DNA of 63,659 bases, filler included. It is 9 parts of 9 records of this genome, joined end to end, with 100 filler letters (N's around TTAATTAATTAA, not from the genome) between each part and the next. Parts side by side here need not be neighbours in the genome. Positions count along the whole stretch, not along the records: positions 50,655 to 60,352 come from SRR7504441_9459; positions 60,453 to 63,659 come from SRR7504441_9487; 7 more parts are not named here. One strand, given 5' to 3'. The position numbers were made by a program, and so were the translations under genes. Under the pieces are notes generated by a model. It did no database searches. It was not told where the DNA came from and saw nothing but the letters and a program-made list of their open reading frames with translations. Shown here piece by piece: positions 56,864-63,659 of the stretch; position 1 is the stretch's first letter, and each line of letters begins with the position of its first letter.

Positions 56864-58051
56864 ATGGGTAACCTCCCGGTGGCCCACGAGGTGATCACCA
56901 GCTTCGGAAGCCTCGGGGACGCGATCGTCGGGAGGCCAGACCGCGCCCGCGACCGTTGGCATCGGTATGCGGAGGAGTCCTTCTTCGGCTCGGGGGTGAT
57001 GGCCGCAGTAGAGGCGTCCCGCGGTGAGCAGGAGCGGGCTCGCGAGTTTGGGAAGGGGATGGGACGGGCGACCGGTAAGATCATGTGCGGCGGCGGGATC
57101 CTGCGGGAGGTACCAGTGCTTCAGGAGCTGGCGACGTGCGGCGAGAGTCTTGGGGATATGATCGGAGGCGGAAACCACACCCAGGCCAGGGCCAGATGGG
57201 ACGCCTACAAGAACGAAAGCGTGTTCGGGTCGGGAATGATGGCCGCCGTGGAGGCCGGCAACGGCAATGTGACGCAGGCAAATCAGTATGGGAAGGCGAT
57301 GGGCCGCGCGAGCACCAAGGGGGCGATCACCGCCGGCTGTACCGTCGGCGCGGTGGGCATCGCGGTCGCCACTGCTGGTGCTGCTGTGCCGGTAGTGATG
57401 GTGGCCTCCGGAGTGGCCGGCGCTTCGGCCGGCGCAGTGGCGACAGCGGGAGTGCAGGCTGTCGATGGACGTGTGAACCCAGGTCCTCGCGCCTCGCCCG
57501 ATCCATACTGACTCGGTGTGCCAGGTGACGTGGTGGCGGCCACGCTCCTAGGCGGAGTGGCGGGGGCGGCCGCTGGAGGCGTGGCCGCTCGGGCCACGGG
57601 TGCTGCTAAACTCGGCGTGGGGGATGTGCGGCTGGTTGCTGCAGCGGAGTCCTTCTCTTGCCAGGCGGGCATGCTCGCTCACGTGAGGAGCCGGATGCAG
57701 CAGAAGCGGAAAGAGGGAAGAGAGGAGTACTCGTCCGAGCACGAAGCGCAGATGCTTAAGCTGGCGAGGGAAGCGCTAGTGAGGGCGGAGAGGGCGCAGG
57801 CACGAGAGCTTGAGTGTGAAGCTGGAGAGGAATGCAATGCTGTGGAGGAGTGCGCTATCTGCTTGGAGGAGGAAGATAGCTGCTCAGGTCTGCTGCACTA
57901 CGGCGGGTGTGGCGCAGGGCACCGGTTTCACGCCGAGTGCTTGGAGGAGTGGCGGTTGGCTTGTGCTGAGCAAGGGGTTGAGTTCACGTGCCCCGAGTGC
58001 CGTTGCGTCCTCAAAGGAGATAATGCCCCAGAGGGTGGCTGCTTCGGATGA
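56864..58051 (+). CDS. Tandem-repeat / glycine-zipper protein with C-terminal RING-H2 finger
   Basis: Two ~80-aa repeats and a Gly/Ala hydrophobic tract; intron 57483-57524; then CAIC..C..HRFHAEC..W..CPEC. Confidence 0.75.
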
Positions 58052-58305
58052 TGATAGCCATCGCATACGCCCCAATCGCGGTGATAATTATATCAATAAC
58101 AGATTACTCGTACGTACATTCAAACACCAGATTTTAAAAATTCGGCTTTAATACTGTCGTACCAGATGGTGGGCTCGATGTATAACACTGCGGACCGTGG
58201 AGTCACAGATTTGCTAGATTCAAGTAGTGCTTGTGCACTCGTTAATTAAAATCGCCTTGAGTGGTCAGGCAGTTCCTGTGTCATGGTGTGTTCTTGGAAC
58301 AACAC

Positions 58306-59067
58306 TCACATCTGTGTATCAACCACGCCATCGGTCGCCGGCTGCTCGACATCGGCCGGTGGCGCCTCCGCAGCGGTTTGCTCGTCGGCCACCTGAGGCT
58401 CCTTCTCTGGCACAGCATCCGAGCTGCCCCCTGTGAACATTGCAATCGTGGATGCAATCAGGTCGGGCCGGCGGCCGGAGCTGCCAGCATCATCGCTCGG
58501 GTGCTCCTCCTCGTCCCGAAGGATGGCGCACACAACACAGACGATTCCCAGGATCCAGGCGGCAAGCAGCAACCCGAAGGCCGAGCCGAGTCCGAAGTCA
58601 AAGTACTCGCTCTTGCTAATCTTGTCGAAGTAGTCGTGACCTAGGGCGTAGTAGAAGAGCCACCCAAGCATGTAGTAGGCGGTGGTGCCCCCGCTGGACA
58701 CCAGTTGGCCGTGGTGCAGGATGGAGTAGGCCAGGATGGCCCACACGTTGAATAGCAGACCGAGAGTCACAAACCCGAAGCACAGCCAGGCTCCAACCAT
58801 CATGTTCTCGCACTCGGATTGTGCGGTTGCGCCGTTTGGACACAGCTTGTTGGTCCCCTGCAGCATGGTGTCGTCGCGGGAGCCAAAGCCCTTGGTGGAG
58901 TAATACAGGATTCCGAAGCTCGCGTCGAGGCTCTGGGTGCCGTCGTTCATGGTCGAGACCCAGAACCAAGGCGAGGCGTAGGCGAACACGCCAAAGGCAA
59001 GCATGACAACCGCCGTCATCAGGCCCACCAGGTTTGCTGTCTTTGCCAAAGGGGAGAGCTGCGTCAT
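58306..59067 (-). CDS. Claudin/PMP22-like tetraspan membrane protein
   Basis: Four hydrophobic helices; first loop W..FGILY..C..C; acidic tail. Confidence 0.6.
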   Translation of the reverse strand: MTQLSPLAKTANLVGLMTAVVMLAFGVFAYASPWFWVSTMNDGTQSLDASFGILYYSTKGFGSRDDTMLQGTNKLCPNGATAQSECENMMVGAWLCFGFVTLGLLFNVWAILAYSILHHGQLVSSGGTTAYYMLGWLFYYALGHDYFDKISKSEYFDFGLGSAFGLLLAAWILGIVCVVCAILRDEEEHPSDDAGSSGRRPDLIASTIAMFTGGSSDAVPEKEPQVADEQTAAEAPPADVEQPATDGVVDTQM

Positions 59068-59158
59068 GTTAAGCGCTTGGGGCCCCTCGTGCGCACCGGA
59101 TGTTCAGCAAAGATAAGATAACGGAAGAAAGAGGCAGCGGCTACCCCACTCACTGCCC

Positions 59159-60352
59159 ATGGAGAGCCCAGTTCTGGGAGCAGGCTCCCCGGCGGGCGAG
59201 CTGCCCACCATCACCACCCAGCCGATCCACGCCAGCCGATCCAAGTCCGGCGGCCAGGTCCCCCTGCCCACCCGCCCCGACCCACGCCCCCCAGGCCGCG
59301 CGCAAGAAAGTCAGCGCCGCCCCGACCCCCAAGAAACTCGCCCAGGCAGTCGCCCGGCCGGCCGCGGCTTACCCGGCCCGCAGTCTGTCCAGCTCCTTGT
59401 CGAGCGTCGGGGGATCCGGCGTGTGGTGCAGCTCGGTGCGTCTGGCCCGCCGAGCCGGCCGACCGCTGAGGGGGGGGGGGGCAGCTCCGACAGACTCGCT
59501 GGCCCGAGTGCTCCGGACGATCCGGAACGCTGGATTCCCGCCCAATCCGAGCTCCGACGCCGACGTGGTGGTGGGCCACCCGGACGCGGTCACGATCAAG
59601 CTGGTCCCGGCGACTGCTCCGGCCGGGCTGAGCGGGTGGTCAGCGTAACCAGGACGGCTCGGTCTGGGTGCCGCAGTTCACGTTCCAGCTTGTGGATTTG
59701 GACACCAACGCGGCGCGCGCCAAGGCTGCGCTCTCAGCTTGCCAGTCGCCGGCGCTCAGTGCGATGGATGCGGGCACAGGGCACGGCAAGCTTCGCGAGC
59801 GGTCTGAGAGCACGCTGATTACTCGAAGCGGCAACCTGGAGCGGCGGTCCCAGCTCAACCTGGCCGAGGGACTGCTGGACAACGGACCGCGGGTGTCTGC
59901 TGGTTCGGCCGGGGCTGAGCTGGCTCAGGTGTCGGCCATGTATCAGGAGCAGTTCGATCCCGTGGTCCGGGTAGTCGATAGCGCCGAGCACCGGACGAAC
60001 CAACTCTCTGAGAACTTCGAGCAGTTCCTAGACCTCGGGGCCGAGATCGGTGGGCTCGGGCTGGCGCGGGGCTAACGGGGGGGGTGGAAGATATTAATAG
60101 CTTCAATCTGTCGGACCTCGATGGGGCGGCTGGGTGAGTCGGGACCGGGCTAGGCTCATTGCGGGCTAGGCTGGAGCTGGACTCGGCAGACATGGCCAAG
60201 GGCCCGCTAGGCAAACTGAGCTCGGCGTCGGCTCGGTCGAGCGCGCGGGACTCGTCAGGAATAGAAGTGTACCAGTTCACAAAGGCGGAGCTGAAGCGGA
60301 TTGGCGGTACTGCAGTTGGGAAGGGGGGGGGGGGGGGGGAAAAGGGGGGGGG
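59159..60352 (+). CDS. Pro/Ser-rich hypothetical protein, multi-exon, 3'-truncated
   Basis: Successive plus-strand protein-like segments with short GT-AG introns run to the contig edge. Confidence 0.35.
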
Positions 60353-60452
60353 NNNNNNNNNNNNNNNNNNNNNNNNNNNNNNNNNNNNNNNNNNNNTTAA
60401 TTAATTAANNNNNNNNNNNNNNNNNNNNNNNNNNNNNNNNNNNNNNNNNNNN
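60353..60452. other. Artificial contig linker
   Basis: N44-TTAATTAATTAA-N44. Confidence 0.99.
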
Positions 60453-61606
60453 ATCGGCTAGGGTTAGGGTGCTGTCCAGCGGATGGCGAGGTTAGTCGGT
60501 CGAGCTGAAGGGGGCGGCAGGTGGTATGGCCGATCGCGGAGCGGGACCGAACGTTTAATTTGACGCTGCCAGAGGTGATGGCGAACAGAGTGCGCGGGCT
60601 GATGTCCAAGCGTTCTCAGCTGCACATCATGTGGTCCGGAGGCATAGACACCACGGCCATTCTGGTGGCCTTCCTCGAGCAGCTTGGCCCGGAGCCGGAG
60701 CGCTGGCGACGGGCCGGGTGCTCGGTCCATTACAACCAACGGTCGGTCGACGAGCACCCGCGGTGCCCCCGAGCCGCTTGCAGGTTGTAAGCGGGCACTC
60801 GCAGGTTCTTTGAGCGGTATGTGGCTGGGCTGCCTGGCGGGCGGTTCGAGGGGCACGTGAGGGACTTCCTGAGCGGGAGCAGCGGGGCGGTGGTGACTGG
60901 GGAGCCTGCCGACATGCTGTTTGGGACCACCTGGATGAGCCGAGCGTTCAAGTTTGAGGCAGATCATTTGGGCCGGCCGAATCCAATGTGGTACAGCTTG
61001 GAGGCCCCGTGGGAGCGAGTGCTGCCCGAGGTGCTCCGCCGGCATGGGCTGTTGCCGGAGGCGGCGCGGCATGAGCGCGAGTGGCTGGAATGGATCCGGC
61101 CGTGGGTGGCCGCGGCTCCAGTGAGTGTGGTGAGTGTGTTTGACTTTTGCTGGTGGGTCGCGTTTGCACTCAAGTGGCAGCACGACATGGTTCGGAGCTT
61201 CTTAAACCGGGGGAGCGTGCAGCCGGCGGCTTGGGAGGCGGTGGAGCACTTTTATGTCACCGACGAGTGGCAGCAGTACGGGTATGCTCAGCACGAGCAG
61301 AAAATGCTCGATAAAGGTGTGTGGAGCTCTTATAAGTGGCCGCTCAAGAAGTATATTTACGACTATACGGGGGACGCCGAGTACTTTGCGGCCAAGATTA
61401 AGGTGCCGAGCGCCACCTACGGGTTCGGCTACCAGCTTGGACTGGATGACAAGCTCAACTCTGTGTGCTTTGGTGTGCTGTCGATGAGCCGGAAGCGTAT
61501 GGATGAAAAGTATGGCGATTCGCTCCAAGCAATGTACTTGGATGAAAGCACATTGGGAGTGGCCACAACCTTACCCGAGAAGCCTAATTATCTTGGCAAT
61601 GCATAG
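60453..61606 (+). CDS. Asparagine-synthase-like PP-loop (adenine nucleotide alpha-hydrolase) protein, 5'-truncated
   Basis: IMWSGGIDTT PP-loop and VVTGEPADMLFG; intron 60763-60804 restores SVDEHPRFFERYV. Confidence 0.75.
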
Positions 61607-61808
61607 GCAGTCCACAGTGTGTTTACAATAACAATATATAATGATTGTAAATCATCCCCGCCCACTGGCCTGCATCCGCATTTTCTGTCGATCGCGAGAT
61701 TCCTTTTCGGGAAACGCACTGAGAGCGCGCACTTTCAGGTATTTTTCGCTTGCCGTCAATTCTTCAAGAAGTAACACCACCGCCAATGCATCGCTATTTG
61801 TCGATCCA

Positions 61809-62502
61809 ATGCCCATAGCAATGATACAAGACTTCTACGAGGAATCCAACATATGTGATATCTCTTTTGATGCCCGCGAAGGGGATTTCATGCTGCTCAA
61901 GGAGAGTGACTGCAATGCAGTACTCGTCGCTCGAGGCTCTGGACACATCACCAGCGCCACAATTGAAACAACCGTAGGGGTGCATGGCCATACAATGTCG
62001 AATGTTCTGGTGGATGATGACTCTGAATGGAGTGAAAACACAAGACCTTTGCAGCCAAGCCTAGTCCTGGACCTGGGATCTCAGGTTATCGTATTGGGAA
62101 GTCGATAACTCTTTCAAACAAGTGACTGATGTAGGTGCCGATTGGATAGGATTATATCGCAAAGGGGAGTGCGACGTTGAGGATACTCCAAACCCATCGT
62201 TACGAAATCTGTGCTATCTGAAATCTCGCACTTTGAAGTCACATGAGTTGACGGGTGACGTCTCATATGTCGTGGAAGAAGCCGGAGAATACGAGTTTAG
62301 ATATTTCCAGAATAACACATGCGATGGCGGCGGCTATGTGTGTCGGCAGCTTGCAGGAACAACCGAGAAGTACGTAGCATGTGGTCTCGAATATGCAGTG
62401 AAGAGCGACACGATCACTGTGGCATCGAGAGTATCTAGTACCGTATCGCCAATAGGAACCAGTCCAGGTTTCGAGGCCATGCTAAAGCCATACGTCTATT
62501 AA
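61809..62502 (+). CDS. Hypothetical protein with SKICH/Ig-like domain
   Basis: ADWIGLY...AGEYEFRYF pattern; two ORFs can be joined by a short intron near 62084-62121. Start uncertain. Confidence 0.4.
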
Positions 62503-62737
62503 TGAGGCCCGGGGCCTAAACAACATGATAAACAAATAGCAATTATCTGCATGTACAATGTCATGCTTGTATTAGATATGTATGGCTACTCTATGGCTAG
62601 CATTGTACGAATTGACGGAAGTGATCATGAGTATTCTGATTTATTGAAATTGCACGTGTTCAAATTCCATACCGCCCATGTGCGTGCATGGCGCGGCATG
62701 GCCCGGCGCCGCAAGCATCTAGGTAAGAAGAGCTCAG

Positions 62738-63659
62738 TCAGACCACTGTGTTGGCCCCGACCTCGACCACTTGATTGAGCAGTTCGAGCGCTATCCCGAG
62801 TTGCTTCTTCATCTCAACTAGATGCTTACGGCGCTGGGTCACTTCTTCTGTCTCGGCCAGCAGCTTCTCAAGCTGGTCTTCCTTGTACAGCCGCTCGACC
62901 AGCGCGTTGTGCACCTCCTCCATGGTCGGCTTGACTAGGTACGCCATGATTGTCTTGGGGATCAGGTCTGCGATCTTGCGCCGGACGATCCCAAAGTAAA
63001 GCTGGAGCAGGTACTTGACCATATCCACCCCCTGCCGGTCCCGCTCCGACCACTCGCTCCCCTGCACCGACCGCCCCCCGATCGTCTGGCCGTCCTCCCC
63101 TGTGCCGCCCCGTCCAAAGAACTTAGTAAAAAAGTCTTGCCCCTCGCCGGCAGCCTTGCCAGACACGCCCTCCTGGGCTCCAGGCTGGTAATCGTCCAGC
63201 GCCCGCCGGAAGTCCGGGTGGTTAACGTTGACGTACGCGAGCTCTATCTTGATCAGGTTGGAGAGCATGCTTGTGGTCTTTCCCATCTTGTCTGTGAGCA
63301 GCTGCTTGACGCAAGTGATGATCTGTTCAGGCAGTGCCTTAAAGTTCTTCACCCCAAGCACCGCGCACTCCTGCGCAACCGTCAGCAGCTCGTGGTGCAC
63401 CAGCTCGGCCGCCTGCGCGCCCGCTCAGCGCCAGGCTGCGGCTGTGCCCGCCTGGAGTGCTGGAGGTTCGAGCATCGCGAGCTGCTTGGTCACGAGCATC
63501 TCGAACGTCACCTCCGGTGTGAACAAGTAGGTGGTCACCCCGGTCGAGTTCTTCATCGCCATCCGGAGCTCGTCGTCGCTCAGTCCGTGCAGTGGGTTCA
63601 TTCCCTCCACTCCCGGTGTGAGCACCTAACCCAGTCTCGGCCCAGCCCCGCCCCCCCCC
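62738..63659 (-). CDS. Dynamin-related GTPase (middle + GED domains), 5'-truncated
   Basis: LFTPEVTFEMLVTKQLAMLEPPALQ, IELAYVNVNHPDF and YFGIVRRKIADLIPKTIMAYLV; GC-AG intron 63413-63451. Confidence 0.92.

Noticed and set aside
60323-60352. Poly-G run (and poly-C at 63640-63659) as G-quadruplex elements
   Set aside because: These are homopolymers at contig or window ends, probably G-rich intron sequence or sequencing drop-out.
8086-60452. Recurring TTAATTAATTAA flanked by N runs, looking like a repeat array
   Set aside because: It is an artificial scaffold linker with stops in all six frames, and neighbouring contigs are not necessarily adjacent.
60459-60470. TAGGGTTAGGGT telomere-like motif at a contig start
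   Set aside because: Fewer than two full units and it lies within a gene; not enough for a telomere.
34-63625. Hundreds of Arg/Pro/Ala/Gly-rich overlapping and antisense ORFs in the track
   Set aside because: These are shadow frames expected in GC-rich coding DNA; the real proteins are recovered by splicing.

Overview
The window is not one locus. It is nine contigs (1-8085, 8186-16217, 16318-20298, 20399-30575, 30676-38432, 38533-42793, 42894-50554, 50655-60352, 60453-63659) joined by artificial 100-nt linkers (N44-TTAATTAATTAA-N44). The DNA comes from a very compact, GC-rich microbial eukaryote. Genes often sit head-to-head about 50-150 bp apart and are split by many tiny spliceosomal introns, mostly 37-43 nt, several with non-consensus GC donors. 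The ORF track therefore fragments or mis-frames most genes. Recognisable products include YdjC(+SPRY), VTI1, nicastrin, a PH-VPS33 fusion, NOMO, PhyH, HPP, S53 peptidase, RUN-TLDc, GH33, LRR-BTB, an LCAT-like lipase fused to a membrane domain, prolyl 4-hydroxylase, a beta-lactamase-family hydrolase, a PH-AGC kinase, an NRF-6 acyltransferase, a FYVE-like protein, GH32, CDC123, a RING protein, a claudin-like protein, an Asn-synthase-like protein and a dynamin-related protein. The best hidden signal is a peroxiredoxin-5 gene missed by the ORF track: its peroxidatic Cys codon is TGA (GAFTPT-U-STC) and a SECIS-like hairpin lies in its 3' UTR, so it is a likely selenoprotein. Other notable items are the tight intron-length/GC-donor splicing pattern, a structured poly(A)-tailed element end, and an inverted gene segment suggesting MDA (single-cell) origin. 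All calls come from reading motifs by eye; no database searches were run.
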